DNA from: Candidatus Latescibacterota bacterium
GTDB lineage: Bacteria > Latescibacterota > UBA2968 > UBA8231
Direction: 5' to 3'
DNA: 64,000 nucleotides
NCBI GenBank assembly: GCA_965203355.1
Contig: OZ241889.1
Location: 2,848,001-2,912,000, forward strand
Positions 1 to 12,819 of the stretch are shown in pieces. A program made the translations under genes and the position numbers. The notes beneath the pieces were generated by a model. The model saw nothing but the letters and a program-made list of their open reading frames with translations. It had not been told where the DNA came from and searched no databases. Numbering within the stretch: the first letter of the stretch is position 1; each line of letters opens with the position of its first letter.

Positions 1-20
1 ATTAAGGCGAGCGAAAAACC

Positions 21-833
21 ATGATGACGCTCGGTGTGGTAGGCCATGCTCGCGAGGTCGCCGCTCATCGGGATGCCTTGCGGGGGTGCCGCGATATCCA
101 GCTCGTACACCAAGCCGACTGTGCCGCCGTATTGGAACGAAAAATAGATGGGCTGGTGTTGTTGCAAGTGGAAGATAAATCGCATTGGGGCGGCGTGGCC
201 CTCGCGTCGGGTCTGCACGTTATGGCGACCCATCCAGTACAAGTGCCGAGCCATTCTAAGGTATGTGTGCTGTCCCTGGGGAGGCATACGCACTTTTGCT
301 CGGCTTTAGCCGCTCGACAGGGCATAGCGCATTATTCGCTGGAGCTTTCCTTTGATTCGGCTTTATTCGATCCTATGGATCGCGAGATGGTGTGCAGCCA
401 AGCGGCCTTGGACCTATGCGACCTACTGCTGAGCACTTGGGGGCCGGTAGATGTGCTGTATAGCAGGATGCGCAACTTTTTTCATCTGGGTCGGATGGAG
501 GACGTATCGGCCGCGTTGCTGCGGATGCGCAACGGCGTCGAAGGCTCGGTTGCCCTCCTCGATTTTCCAGCGGTGGTGCCGGCGTTGCGCATCCGCGAGT
601 GCGCCCAAGACGAAATAGTCGATACTTCTTGGCCTTGGGTTTGGGAAGCGGACGATCTGGCGGCGTACTATCGCAATTTCGTCGCCTACATCCAAGGCCG
701 CGCCCAGCCGTTGTTGGGTTTAGAGCAGGTGACCGAAAGCTATCGTCTTTTGGAGTGGATGCGAATGTCGGCGAGACAGGATGCGATTTTAAACTGCAAG
801 GAAATAAAAAGTCTCATAAAATTTAATATGTAA
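21..833 (+). CDS. Divergent Gfo/Idh/MocA-like oxidoreductase
   Basis: N-terminal LGVVG Rossmann-like start, GLHVMATHP at the usual GKHVLxEKP position, ED-x-A-x-LLRMRNGVEG C-terminal domain pattern. Confidence 0.5.
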   Translation: MMTLGVVGHAREVAAHRDALRGCRDIQLVHQADCAAVLERKIDGLVLLQVEDKSHWGGVALASGLHVMATHPVQVPSHSKVCVLSLGRHTHFCSALAARQGIAHYSLELSFDSALFDPMDREMVCSQAALDLCDLLLSTWGPVDVLYSRMRNFFHLGRMEDVSAALLRMRNGVEGSVALLDFPAVVPALRIRECAQDEIVDTSWPWVWEADDLAAYYRNFVAYIQGRAQPLLGLEQVTESYRLLEWMRMSARQDAILNCKEIKSLIKFNM

Positions 834-850
834 CCATAAAACAAAAAAAA

Positions 851-1852
851 TCAGCCACCAATCTTAATATAATCAGACGCATTGTCGAGCAGTCTCTCGC
901 GATTTTCGTAGTAGCGCATGGTCGTCTTTAGATCCTTGTGGCGCAAATGGGCTTGCACCTGCTGGGGCTTGGCTCCACCTTCAATCGCCAAAGTGCAGCA
1001 GGTGTGCCGGAACATGTGTGCGGTGACGTTCTGGGGAAGGCCAGCACGCAAGGCGTACTTTTTGACGATGTGATTCACCGATTGATCCGTCAGTGGCTGG
1101 CCCCGAGAATGGTTGCGCGACAGACTGATGAAAACCTTGCCGGTCGTCGGCAAACCCACCATCTGTAGTTGTTGTTTGTATAATTCTAGATGATGTAGGA
1201 CGATGTTTTGCAGTTTGATTTCCTGCGCCACGCCTGATTTAGTCTCGGGCAGGTACAGGACGTGAAAGACGCCTTCTAAGGATATATCCTCCCAAGCGAC
1301 GCCTGCCACTTCGGAGCGGCGCAGCCCGCCAAACGTGAGCAAGTGAAATATGGCCGCATCGCGCGTGCGTACCAAGTCGTCTTTTTCCTCGGCGATGGCT
1401 TGCTGAATCTTGTTTAGCACCTGATTGGAAAGCGCTTTACCGGCCAGCGTTTCATCTACCTTGTAGCCGCGCACCAATGTAGAGTCAGCGGGATTATTCT
1501 CAATGTGGCCTAAGGCGACCAACATCTTGAACAACGACTTCAGACTGGACAGCTTTCTGTTGATGCTGCTGCGCTTGTAGCCTTCGTTGACGAGTTGATT
1601 TCTAAAGGCGACCACGTGCTCAAAAGTGATTGACTGCAAGATGGCAAGCGATACTTCATGTAGTTCTAGGTCGATGGATGCAAAGAAATGCTCGAGATCG
1701 GAGTAATACGCACGCCGTGTGCGTTCGCTGAGCTGGCCGCTGAGAAATTGTTCCAGCGGATCGTCCGCCATCAACGCGGGCGCAGGCGTTATCCTACAGA
1801 CGATCGGGTTGCGGGTTGCGGCCGCAACATGGCGGCTCGACTGCTCGCTCAT
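851..1852 (-). CDS. Tyrosine recombinase, Xer-like
   Basis: SAM-like N-domain (SERTRRAYYSDL, SSINRKLSSLKSLF); catalytic R (GGLRRSE), K (ETKSG), HxxR (HMFRH), H (LRH) and Y (TMRY); true start may be the downstream Met (MADDPL). Confidence 0.9.
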   Translation of the reverse strand: MSEQSSRHVAAATRNPIVCRITPAPALMADDPLEQFLSGQLSERTRRAYYSDLEHFFASIDLELHEVSLAILQSITFEHVVAFRNQLVNEGYKRSSINRKLSSLKSLFKMLVALGHIENNPADSTLVRGYKVDETLAGKALSNQVLNKIQQAIAEEKDDLVRTRDAAIFHLLTFGGLRRSEVAGVAWEDISLEGVFHVLYLPETKSGVAQEIKLQNIVLHHLELYKQQLQMVGLPTTGKVFISLSRNHSRGQPLTDQSVNHIVKKYALRAGLPQNVTAHMFRHTCCTLAIEGGAKPQQVQAHLRHKDLKTTMRYYENRERLLDNASDYIKIGG

Positions 1853-2047
1853 AAAATCTCGCTAGGGCTTAATTGGTATTCCAAATATAGCGAACATCAC
1901 GGGATTTTGCTTTCGCGATGCTTTGTGGCCGCGTCTTGACCCTCGCCGTCCTATCTGAGGCCATGAGGGGCAGTCGCACATGTCAGGGCGCGAAGAGCAA
2001 GATCAATTCTAAACTGGACAATTCATCCACGAACAACCTCCCTTCGG

Positions 2048-2079
2048 ATACTACCGATAATGCCTGTTATCGGTAGTAT
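2048..2079. other. Candidate dif-like recombination site (13-6-13 perfect inverted repeat)
   Basis: ATACTACCGATAA-TGCCTG-TTATCGGTAGTAT; inner ATAA-N6-TTAT matches the dif core; lies about 200 bp upstream of the recombinase ORF. Confidence 0.7.
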
Positions 2080-2099
2080 AATAGCCGAAATTAAAGAAA

Positions 2100-3866
2100 T
2101 CAGAATTTTCGCAGCAGACGCTCCATATCGCTCAATTTCATCCACGCCATGATCGGCTTATCCGTTGGGCTTATGTGCGGCGAGTCGACCTTTAGCAATT
2201 CGCTGATCAAATGTGCCATTTTCTCGGCGTTCAGTTTTTGCCCCTTCTTGATGCTCACTTTGCGTACGTAGGCCAAGACGATTGCTTCGCGCCAAGATCG
2301 ACCCGAATGTTGGCCATCGCGCACGTCGTTCAATAGCTGATAAAAAACCTCGCCTTCGCCAAAGCGATCCAGTTCGACAGGCACGGCTTCCACCAATACC
2401 GTACGGGCACCAAAATCCCGTAAGACAAAGCCCAGCTTGGCAACATCGCCTTGTATTTGCTTGAAAACTTCAAAATCCGCTGCGCCCATTTCTAGCTGTA
2501 TGGGAAAAAGCAACTGCTGGCTTTCTCCAGTTACGCCGTCCATTTTTTTTATGGCTCGATCGTAATTGATGCGTTCGTGTGCAGCCTGCTGATCGACAAA
2601 CAGCAAGCCGTCGGCTACCTCGACGAGGATGTACTGATTGTGAACCTGCCATATTGCAGCGTCTTCGGCGATGGCAATTTGGGTCGCCGGAGCGACGAAA
2701 GTAACGGCGAGCTGATCATCGGCATCCTGGGGTGTTGACCCGGGCCCCGGCAACTTCTGCAATATCGGCGATGTCGGTTCGCCCACGTGTGCTGGGATGG
2801 CAACGCCCTTGCTTTCGCTGAAGCGAGATGGGTCGTCCGGCCGCCGTATTGGGGACGTAGCATAAACAAAGGCTTGCGTATCGGGTCGCCGCAAGCTTTG
2901 CCGGACGCTGTTTTCAATAGCCGCGACAACCTGCCCTTCATTAGCCAAGCGAATTTCCCGCTTGGTCGGATGGACATTGACGTCGATTTTTCGCGGATCC
3001 ATATCGATCCAGAGCATAAACACCGGATGATGTCCTTCGGGTAGCAGCCCCTCAAAGCACCGCTGTACGGCGTTGGCTATCAATCGCGAAGCAATAGGCC
3101 GCCCCTGTACAATGAGGTACTGCTTGCCCTTGCTCCGACCACAGCGCTCGGGACCGACCAACACCCCTTCGAGCTTGAGGCCCTCTTCCGCGTACGCGAG
3201 GTCCAATAGTTCGGCAACTGGAATGCCCAACAGTTCGGCCGCCCGCTCCCGCCGCGATGAAGGAGCGTAGTTCAAGACTTGGCGGTCTTCGCGTTCTAGT
3301 TCAAACCCCAAGGCTGGATAACCAGTCGCTAAATGAATGATGGTCTGGGCCACGTGGCGCGCTTCCACATCAACAGAGCGGAGGAACTTGCGGCGCGCCG
3401 GTGTATTAAAAAACAGGTTCTTTACCACGATGGTCGTGCCGCGCGCTCGGCCGATGCTGTGCATTTCTCGCTCTATGCCCCCTTCCACGACCAAGCGCGT
3501 CCCCACTTCATCTTCCTGTGTACGCGATTCAATGGCCAAGTGAGCTACGGCCCCAATGCTGGCTAGGGCTTCGCCGCGAAAGCCTAGCGTCTGAATCCGA
3601 AACAGATCAGCTACTGAAGCCATCTTGCTCGTGGCATGGCGACGAGCACACAACGCGATATCCGCCCCGTTCATGCCCGAACCATCGTCGGTCACGACGA
3701 TCGACTGCTTGCCACCGGCCTTGATTTCCACGCGGATTTTAGTGGCACCAGCATCGATCGAGTTTTCGACCAATTCCTTCACGACCGAAGCAGGCCGTTC
3801 CACCACCTCGCCAGCGGCTATTTTCCCAATGAGACTTTCGTCTAGAACGCGAATAGTACTCGCCAT
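2100..3866 (-). CDS. mutL: DNA mismatch repair protein MutL
   Basis: IAAGEVVERPASVVKELVENSIDAGA, GFRGEALASI, DVNVHPTK, endonuclease motif DQQAAHER. Confidence 0.97.
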   Translation of the reverse strand: MASTIRVLDESLIGKIAAGEVVERPASVVKELVENSIDAGATKIRVEIKAGGKQSIVVTDDGSGMNGADIALCARRHATSKMASVADLFRIQTLGFRGEALASIGAVAHLAIESRTQEDEVGTRLVVEGGIEREMHSIGRARGTTIVVKNLFFNTPARRKFLRSVDVEARHVAQTIIHLATGYPALGFELEREDRQVLNYAPSSRRERAAELLGIPVAELLDLAYAEEGLKLEGVLVGPERCGRSKGKQYLIVQGRPIASRLIANAVQRCFEGLLPEGHHPVFMLWIDMDPRKIDVNVHPTKREIRLANEGQVVAAIENSVRQSLRRPDTQAFVYATSPIRRPDDPSRFSESKGVAIPAHVGEPTSPILQKLPGPGSTPQDADDQLAVTFVAPATQIAIAEDAAIWQVHNQYILVEVADGLLFVDQQAAHERINYDRAIKKMDGVTGESQQLLFPIQLEMGAADFEVFKQIQGDVAKLGFVLRDFGARTVLVEAVPVELDRFGEGEVFYQLLNDVRDGQHSGRSWREAIVLAYVRKVSIKKGQKLNAEKMAHLISELLKVDSPHISPTDKPIMAWMKLSDMERLLRKF

Positions 3867-3872
3867 ATGTCC

Positions 3873-4397
3873 TCATAACTCGGCCCAAAGCCGCTCAGCC
3901 CGCTGGCGGAATTCGGCTTGGGTAATTTGGCCTTGTTTGAGCGCGGTTTCCAAGTCGCGCAAGCGACGGCGTGGCCCCCCGCCCCCTTTGAGCTCTAGCC
4001 GTATTTGAGACCAGATGTGCCATCCCCCCACGCCGAGCAATAAGGCGATGAAAACCACACCTCCCCACCACGAGGCCCCTTGCTCTTGACGCACTGCGCC
4101 CCCCCGCCGTCGCCAATCTTCGGCCACGGCCGGGTCAGGCTCGGCTAGCTCAATCCGCTTGGCTACCGTCTCGCCGTTGATTCCTTGGACGCGGACCGGG
4201 CTTGTGAGCTGCCAAGTGAGTTCTTGGGGTTGCACGATCAGATACTCAATTTGATCGGCCTCTCGTATCCGGTCGAATTGCTCCCTAGTAACCGGCACGG
4301 CCATAGGACTCAGCATGTTGAACAGCAACACGATGGCCAACAAGAAGAATGCGAGTGCAAGAGCGAAGTAGGTGGGTTGTGATTGTTTTTTTGTCAT
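3873..4397 (-). CDS. Two-TM membrane protein with SHOCT-like C-terminus
   Basis: Two hydrophobic helices flanking a soluble loop; C-terminal LRDLETALKQGQITQAEF is SHOCT-like. Confidence 0.6.
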   Translation of the reverse strand: MTKKQSQPTYFALALAFFLLAIVLLFNMLSPMAVPVTREQFDRIREADQIEYLIVQPQELTWQLTSPVRVQGINGETVAKRIELAEPDPAVAEDWRRRGGAVRQEQGASWWGGVVFIALLLGVGGWHIWSQIRLELKGGGGPRRRLRDLETALKQGQITQAEFRQRAERLWAEL

Positions 4398-4432
4398 TTT
4401 TTGTTTACATATAAAATTTTATAAGACTTCTT

Positions 4433-7318
<2,886 letters not shown>

Positions 7319-7337
7319 AATAATCCTTATAAGACAT

Positions 7338-8642
7338 TTATGGATACAGACGCTGCATCGTGCGCGGAAATGGAATGGTCTCGCGCACGTGCTTGACGCC
7401 GCACAACCAAGCGACCACCCGTTCGATGCCCATGCCGAAGCCCGCATGTTCTACGGATCCATAGCGCCGCAAGTCGAGATACCAGCTAAAGGCTTCGTCG
7501 GGCAACTGATGCGTGGAAATTTTGTGCTGCAAGACGGCAAGATCGTCTTCGCGTTGTCCGCCCCCGATGATTTCCCCGTAGCCTTCGGGTGCCAACAGGT
7601 CCATGCACAGGGCTAAGCGGCGATCTTGAGCATCTTCCTTCATGTAGAACGCTTTGACCGCGCTGGGATAGCGGTGGACGAAAACCGGCGAATCGAACTC
7701 AGAGGCCAAGAGCGTTTCGTCGTCCCCCCCCAGATCGCGCCCCCAGGCGATGTCGCTACCCAAGGCCGTCAAGCGCGCAACGGCCTTATCATAGGTCAGG
7801 CGCGGAAAGGGCCGGTTGATCTGTTCCAACTTGGCGGTATCTCGCTCGAGGAGCTTTAGCTCTTCGCGGCGGCGGTCGAGTACGCGGTCGAGCATGCACA
7901 AGACCATGTCCTCGGCTAGGGCCATGGCACCCGCTAGATCGCAATACGCCATCTCCGGCTCGATCATCCAGAACTCGGTCAGGTGACGGCGGGTCTTGGA
8001 TTTTTCAGCGCGAAACGTAGGCCCAAAACAATAGACTTTGCCTAAGGCCATGGCGGCCGCTTCCATATAGAGCTGGCCACTCTGGGTCAAATAAGCCGTG
8101 TCGTCAAAATACGCGGTCTCGAACAGAGTCGAAGTCCCCTCACAGGCGGCGGGCGTAAAAATCGGCGCATCCACGAGAACAAAGCCACGCGCTTCCATGA
8201 AGTCGCGGCAGGCTTTGCAAACTTCGCTGCGGATCTTGAGAATGGCCCCCGGACGAGCAGACCGCAGCCACAAGTGTCGGTGGTCGAGGAGAAAAGACAC
8301 TCCATGTTCCTTGGGTGTGATGGGGTATGGCTCCGCTTTCTGCACGACTTCGAGGTGGCTAACTCCGACCTCATAGCCGATCGGTGCCCGGGCCTCCCGC
8401 CGGACTTGACCGCGGATTACGAGCGAAGATTCTTGGGGCAAGTGATCGCACCGCTCGAACAGCTCGGCTTCGACATCCCCCTTAAAAACGACGCATTGCA
8501 CTACGCCACTGCCGTCACGCAGTTGCAAAAAATGCAGTTTGCCGCTCGAGCGCTTATTGTACAACCAACCGCGCAGCACCACTTCTCGGCCCTCGTAGCG
8601 ACCAATATCAGCCACCTGAATCGACTTCATTTGCTTATCCAT
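7338..8642 (-). CDS. asnS: Asparagine--tRNA ligase
   Basis: OB-fold N-terminus, [53 protein letters not shown]. Confidence 0.93.
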   Translation of the reverse strand: MDKQMKSIQVADIGRYEGREVVLRGWLYNKRSSGKLHFLQLRDGSGVVQCVVFKGDVEAELFERCDHLPQESSLVIRGQVRREARAPIGYEVGVSHLEVVQKAEPYPITPKEHGVSFLLDHRHLWLRSARPGAILKIRSEVCKACRDFMEARGFVLVDAPIFTPAACEGTSTLFETAYFDDTAYLTQSGQLYMEAAAMALGKVYCFGPTFRAEKSKTRRHLTEFWMIEPEMAYCDLAGAMALAEDMVLCMLDRVLDRRREELKLLERDTAKLEQINRPFPRLTYDKAVARLTALGSDIAWGRDLGGDDETLLASEFDSPVFVHRYPSAVKAFYMKEDAQDRRLALCMDLLAPEGYGEIIGGGQREDDLAVLQHKISTHQLPDEAFSWYLDLRRYGSVEHAGFGMGIERVVAWLCGVKHVRETIPFPRTMQRLYP

Positions 8643-8661
8643 ATACTATTATATAATAAAT

Positions 8662-8700
8662 AAGAAAAGGCTATCGAGCTAGACTCGATAGCCTTTTCTT
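8662..8700. terminator. Intrinsic terminator after pnp (potentially bidirectional)
   Basis: 17-bp perfect inverted repeat AAGAAAAGGCTATCGAG / CTCGATAGCCTTTTCTT. Confidence 0.85.
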
Positions 8701-8721
8701 CGTCTAGCGCAAGACTGCCAC

Positions 8722-10791
8722 TTACTTCTTTAACAGGGCCTTGTGGCTGAGCCTCATCTTGCCGCCGGTGTCGATTTCGAGGACCTTGACGGCGATCTTG
8801 TCCCCTTGCCCAACGACATCTTCGACCTTGTCCACGCGCCGATGGGCTAGCTCGGAGATATGCAGCAGACCCTCTTTGCCGGGCAGAATCTCGACGAAGG
8901 CCCCAAAGGGCATGATCCGCTTGACTACCCCGTTGTACTCCTTGCCCACCTCGGCGTCGGCCGTGATTCCCTCGATCATGCGCCGCGCTTCTTCGGCTGG
9001 GCCGGCTTCAACCGAGGCAATGGTAATCGTGCCGTCTTCATCGACATTGACCGTGGCACCTGTCTTTTCGATCTCGCGGATGGTTTTGCCGCCCGGGCCG
9101 ATGACCGCGCCGATTTTGCTCTGGTCAATCTTGACAAACTCAATGCGCGGGGCCCAGCGCGAAAGCTCGGGCCGCGCTTCGCTCAGACACTGGTTCATAA
9201 GGGCCAAGACCTGGTCGCGTCCCTCTTTGGCGCGGTCGAGGGCTTCCTTGAAAATGTCGAGCTGCAACCCTTGGATTTTGATATCCATCTGAATCGCGGT
9301 AATCCCATCCTTGGTGCCAGCGACTTTGAGGTCCATATCGCCGAGAAAATCTTCGGCGTCGCGGATGTCGGTCAGCAGCTCGTACTCGTCCCCTTCCTTA
9401 ACCAAGCCCACGCCCGTGCCGCACACCGCGGTTTTAGCGGGAATGCCGGCGTCCATCAAGGCGAGCGAGCAGCCGCACACCGTGGCCATGGAACTAGAGC
9501 TGCTTGACTCGGTAATATCGGACACCAAGCGAATCGTGTAGGGAAAGGACTCCACGGATGGGATGACTGGCTCTAACGCGCGCTCGGCCAGATGGCCATG
9601 ACCAATGTCCCGACGCCCCGGACCACGCTCAAAGCGCACTTCGCCGACCGAATACGGCGGGAAGTTGTAATCCAAGTAATAGGACTTAAACCGCTTGCCC
9701 TGTAAGTCGTCAGCCATGCGCTCGTCGAGCTTGGTGCCCAGCGTCGCCACGCAGAGCGCTTGCGTCTGCCCGCGCGTAAACAGCGCCGACCCGTGCGTCC
9801 GCGGCAGCACCGTGCTCTCGCAGGTGACGTCGCGGACTGCGTCGAGTGCGCGGCCGTCAATGCGCCGCTTCTCCTTGAGGATCATGGTGCGCATGTCGGC
9901 CTTGAGCAGGGCCTCTAGCTCGGCTAAGATGAGCTTTTCCGAGGCTGGAAAGCGCTCGGCTAGGCTTGCCAAGACATCGGCGTTAATCGCGTCAATGCGC
10001 TCTTGCCGCTCTTCTTTGAGGGGGCTTCTGTTGGCCTCGGCGATCCGCTCTTGCGCCAACTCGGCAACAGCACTGACCAGCTCGGGATCGGCTTCTGCGA
10101 CCTCAATGACAATTTTCTCCTTGCCGACTTCAGCAACCAGCCGCTCCTGTAGCTCTACCAGTTCGGCGATGCACTCGTGGCCAAAAGCCAACGCATCTAC
10201 TAGATCTTGCTCGGCAATCTCGTGGGCACCCCCTTCGACGCTGACAATGGAATCGGCCGTAGCGCAGACGATGATTTCGAGATCGGAATCCGCGAGCTGG
10301 GCTGGGGTCGGATTGGCGACGAACTCGCCGTGGATGCGCCCGACGCGCACGGCACCCATGGGGCCAGCAAAGGGAATGTCGGAGATACTCAAAGCCGCCG
10401 AAGCCCCGATTAAACCCAAGACATCCGCATCGTTTTCGCCGTCGTACGAAAGCACCGAAACATAGACTTGGATCTCATAGGGGAACTTCTTGGGAAACAT
10501 CGGCCGAATGGGGTGGTCAATTAACCGAGCACTCAGGGTTTCCTTTTCGGAGGGACGCCCTTCGCGCTTGAAGAAATTGCCCGGTATCTTGCCGCCAGCG
10601 TAAGCCTTTTCCCGGTAATCCACGATCAAGGGCAGAAAGCCCCGATCTTCCGGCGTGTTGGTCCGGCAGGCCGTTACCAGCACTACGGTATCCCCGTATT
10701 GTATCCACACAGCCCCATTAGCTTGCTTGGCGATCCGGCCTGTTTCGATCGACAGACTCCGCCCGCCTATTTCGCGTTCTAGTTTAGTCAT
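8722..10791 (-). CDS. pnp: Polyribonucleotide nucleotidyltransferase
   Basis: Two RNase PH domains ([23 protein letters not shown]), KH ([10 protein letters not shown]) and S1 (GLLHISEL); follows rpsO. Confidence 0.97.
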   Translation of the reverse strand: MTKLEREIGGRSLSIETGRIAKQANGAVWIQYGDTVVLVTACRTNTPEDRGFLPLIVDYREKAYAGGKIPGNFFKREGRPSEKETLSARLIDHPIRPMFPKKFPYEIQVYVSVLSYDGENDADVLGLIGASAALSISDIPFAGPMGAVRVGRIHGEFVANPTPAQLADSDLEIIVCATADSIVSVEGGAHEIAEQDLVDALAFGHECIAELVELQERLVAEVGKEKIVIEVAEADPELVSAVAELAQERIAEANRSPLKEERQERIDAINADVLASLAERFPASEKLILAELEALLKADMRTMILKEKRRIDGRALDAVRDVTCESTVLPRTHGSALFTRGQTQALCVATLGTKLDERMADDLQGKRFKSYYLDYNFPPYSVGEVRFERGPGRRDIGHGHLAERALEPVIPSVESFPYTIRLVSDITESSSSSSMATVCGCSLALMDAGIPAKTAVCGTGVGLVKEGDEYELLTDIRDAEDFLGDMDLKVAGTKDGITAIQMDIKIQGLQLDIFKEALDRAKEGRDQVLALMNQCLSEARPELSRWAPRIEFVKIDQSKIGAVIGPGGKTIREIEKTGATVNVDEDGTITIASVEAGPAEEARRMIEGITADAEVGKEYNGVVKRIMPFGAFVEILPGKEGLLHISELAHRRVDKVEDVVGQGDKIAVKVLEIDTGGKMRLSHKALLKK

Positions 10792-10880
10792 TAGATATAT
10801 CTTTTGCTCTTTTCTTTGAGGTTTTGAATTCTGTGCAGCACCTGCGCCAGCAGACGCTGCGGTGAGTAACTCAGTGGGAG

Positions 10881-11153
10881 CTAACGGCGCAATCCCAACT
10901 CGTGGATCAACGCCGCATACGCCTGCGGGTTTTTCTTTTGGTAGTAGCTTTGCAATCGCCTCCTCTTGCCTATGAGGACGAGTAATCCCCGCCGCGTGGC
11001 AAAGTCCTTTTGCTGGTCTTTGAGGTGTTCGGTCAAGTTTCGGATGCGCTCGGTGAGAATGGCAATCTGCACCGGGGTGGCCCCGGGGCCTCCATCTTGC
11101 CCGAACTTCTCGATCAGCTCTTTCTTGCGCTCAGTTGTTATAGACAACGGCAA
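10881..11153 (-). CDS. rpsO: 30S ribosomal protein S15
   Basis: VQIAILTERIRNLTEHLK...RRGLL...GKRRRL...LGLRR; GGAGG RBS before TTG. Confidence 0.96.
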   Translation of the reverse strand: MPLSITTERKKELIEKFGQDGGPGATPVQIAILTERIRNLTEHLKDQQKDFATRRGLLVLIGKRRRLQSYYQKKNPQAYAALIHELGLRR

Positions 11154-11183
11154 CCTCCGTATTTCGCGCCGCGCTTTCCGCCT

Positions 11184-11570
11184 TCAGCACTTGGAGGCGA
11201 ATAGGGCGCGTGCTTGGTGAATGTCTTTGCGAATTTGTCCTATCAGCTCGTCTGGACAGGCAAATGCGCGTTGGTCGCGCAGTTGCTTTACGAGGGCGAC
11301 CTGTAGAGTTTGTCCGTAGAGGTCGCCGGCAAAATCGAGTATGTGCAACTCGATGACTAGGGCGGCTTCGGCAAATGTAGGCCGAGGGCCAATGTGAGCC
11401 ACGGCCGGTAAAAACCCACTGCCAGGGTATTGTACTTCGGCGGCAAATACTCCCTGTGGCAAGGGTTTATCGCCATGAGGCCGCAAATTGGCCGTGGGAA
11501 ACCCCAGGGTTCTACCGCGTCCTTGGCCTCGCATGACGCGGCCGGAAAAATGGATGTCAGCACTTTCCAT
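11184..11570 (-). CDS. Monofunctional riboflavin kinase (RibF C-terminal domain only)
   Basis: GRGRTLGFPTANL, IGPRPTF, IELHILDF, DLYG; 128 aa; ATG directly abuts the truB stop. Confidence 0.9.
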   Translation of the reverse strand: MESADIHFSGRVMRGQGRGRTLGFPTANLRPHGDKPLPQGVFAAEVQYPGSGFLPAVAHIGPRPTFAEAALVIELHILDFAGDLYGQTLQVALVKQLRDQRAFACPDELIGQIRKDIHQARALFASKC

Positions 11571-12479
11571 CTAAGGTTGGCGCAAAACGCACAGGGGCCG
11601 CAATGCCCCCTGCTCCCATCGTGCGAGACCAAACAAGGTTTGTGCTGCGTCAAAAACCGCGCAGACCTCGCGCGGCCCTGTGCCAGTGGGATGCTCAATG
11701 GCCTTCCCATGAGCAAAATCAACCAGCTTGCCTTCGTTCAGTTCCACGACTGCCAGTTCGCTTAAGGCCAGTCGCGGATGGACGAGGGCCTTTTCAATTT
11801 GGCCTGCTCTACTAAGATGGGCTACTTGGTCTACCGTCAGGGCTTTGTCCAGCCCGAGCCCGCCAGCCCGCCGCCGGCGCAGTTCCGCCAAATAAGCACC
11901 CGTCCCCAACGCATCCCCCAGATCGGCGGCTAGCGCGCGAATATACGTTCCCGCAGAACAATGAATTTTTACGCTTAGTCTGGGGAAATCGTAGCCGAGT
12001 AACTCCATTGCATGGATGTGGACCCGGCGAGGTTTGAGGGCGATCTCATCCCCGCGACGCGCCCGCTTATACGAGCGCACCCCAGCTACTTTTACGGCTG
12101 AATACGCTGGCGGAATTTGGTCTATGCTCCCTGTAAAGTCGCGCAGGACTCGGGCCACACTTTGGCCGTCGGGAGGCGCACAGTCGGCTTGGTGGCGGAT
12201 CGGCCCTTCGGCATCGCCCGTAGCACTTATAGCCCCCAGACAAATCTCGGCCTCGTATTCCTTTTCCGCGCCACTGAGCCACTGGTTGAGCCGGGTATAG
12301 CGCCCCAAGCAAACGACCAAGACGCCGCTGGCCAAAGGATCGAGCGTACCGCAGTGCCCAATGCGCCGCAGTTGCAACAAACGCCGGAGCGAGACGATTA
12401 CGTCGTGGGAGGTGGGGCCTTTGGCTTTGTCGATGACCAAGACCCCGGTCAAGGCCGGATCAATCATGCGGCGTTCCAC
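11571..12479 (-). CDS. truB: tRNA pseudouridine(55) synthase
   Basis: GHCGTLDPLASGVL, QIPPAYSAVK, CSAGTYIRALA. Confidence 0.96.
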   Translation of the reverse strand: MERRMIDPALTGVLVIDKAKGPTSHDVIVSLRRLLQLRRIGHCGTLDPLASGVLVVCLGRYTRLNQWLSGAEKEYEAEICLGAISATGDAEGPIRHQADCAPPDGQSVARVLRDFTGSIDQIPPAYSAVKVAGVRSYKRARRGDEIALKPRRVHIHAMELLGYDFPRLSVKIHCSAGTYIRALAADLGDALGTGAYLAELRRRRAGGLGLDKALTVDQVAHLSRAGQIEKALVHPRLALSELAVVELNEGKLVDFAHGKAIEHPTGTGPREVCAVFDAAQTLFGLARWEQGALRPLCVLRQP

Positions 12480-12813
12480 CCAGACTATCGATCAAAGCCG
12501 TCAGGTGCGCGGCGCGTGCGGCGGTATCGTCGTATGCAACCCGCAACTGGGGCGCGTAGCGCAAGCGCATACGCTGGGCGATTTCTCGGCGTATAAAACC
12601 CAAGCCCCGCTGCATCCCTTGGAGTACCTGCTCTTGGTCGTCTGCATGGCCGAGCGTACTGACAAAGATCGTGGCATAGCTCATGTCGGAGGAGAGTTCC
12701 ACATCTACTACTTGGACTAGTTGCAACCGCGGGTCCTTCATCCGCCCTACGATATCGGTCAACTCGCGCAGCAGTTGCCCGCGCACTCGGCTAATTCGTT
12801 GCGGAGAGGCCAC
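12460..12813 (-). CDS. rbfA: Ribosome-binding factor A
   Basis: MKDPRL, VELSSDMSYATIFVS, LRYAPQL; lies between infB and truB. Confidence 0.94.
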   Translation of the reverse strand: MASPQRISRVRGQLLRELTDIVGRMKDPRLQLVQVVDVELSSDMSYATIFVSTLGHADDQEQVLQGMQRGLGFIRREIAQRMRLRYAPQLRVAYDDTAARAAHLTALIDSLGGTPHD

Positions 12814-12819
12814 CTGCCC

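Noticed and set aside
851-1852. Recombinase as prophage, ICE or integron integrase
   Set aside because: No phage or conjugation genes, att repeats, adjacent tRNA or attC cassettes; the flanks look chromosomal.
2048-2079. Palindrome as the mutL intrinsic terminator
   Set aside because: AT-rich stem with no U tract on the minus strand; the dif-like core fits better. Not fully excluded.
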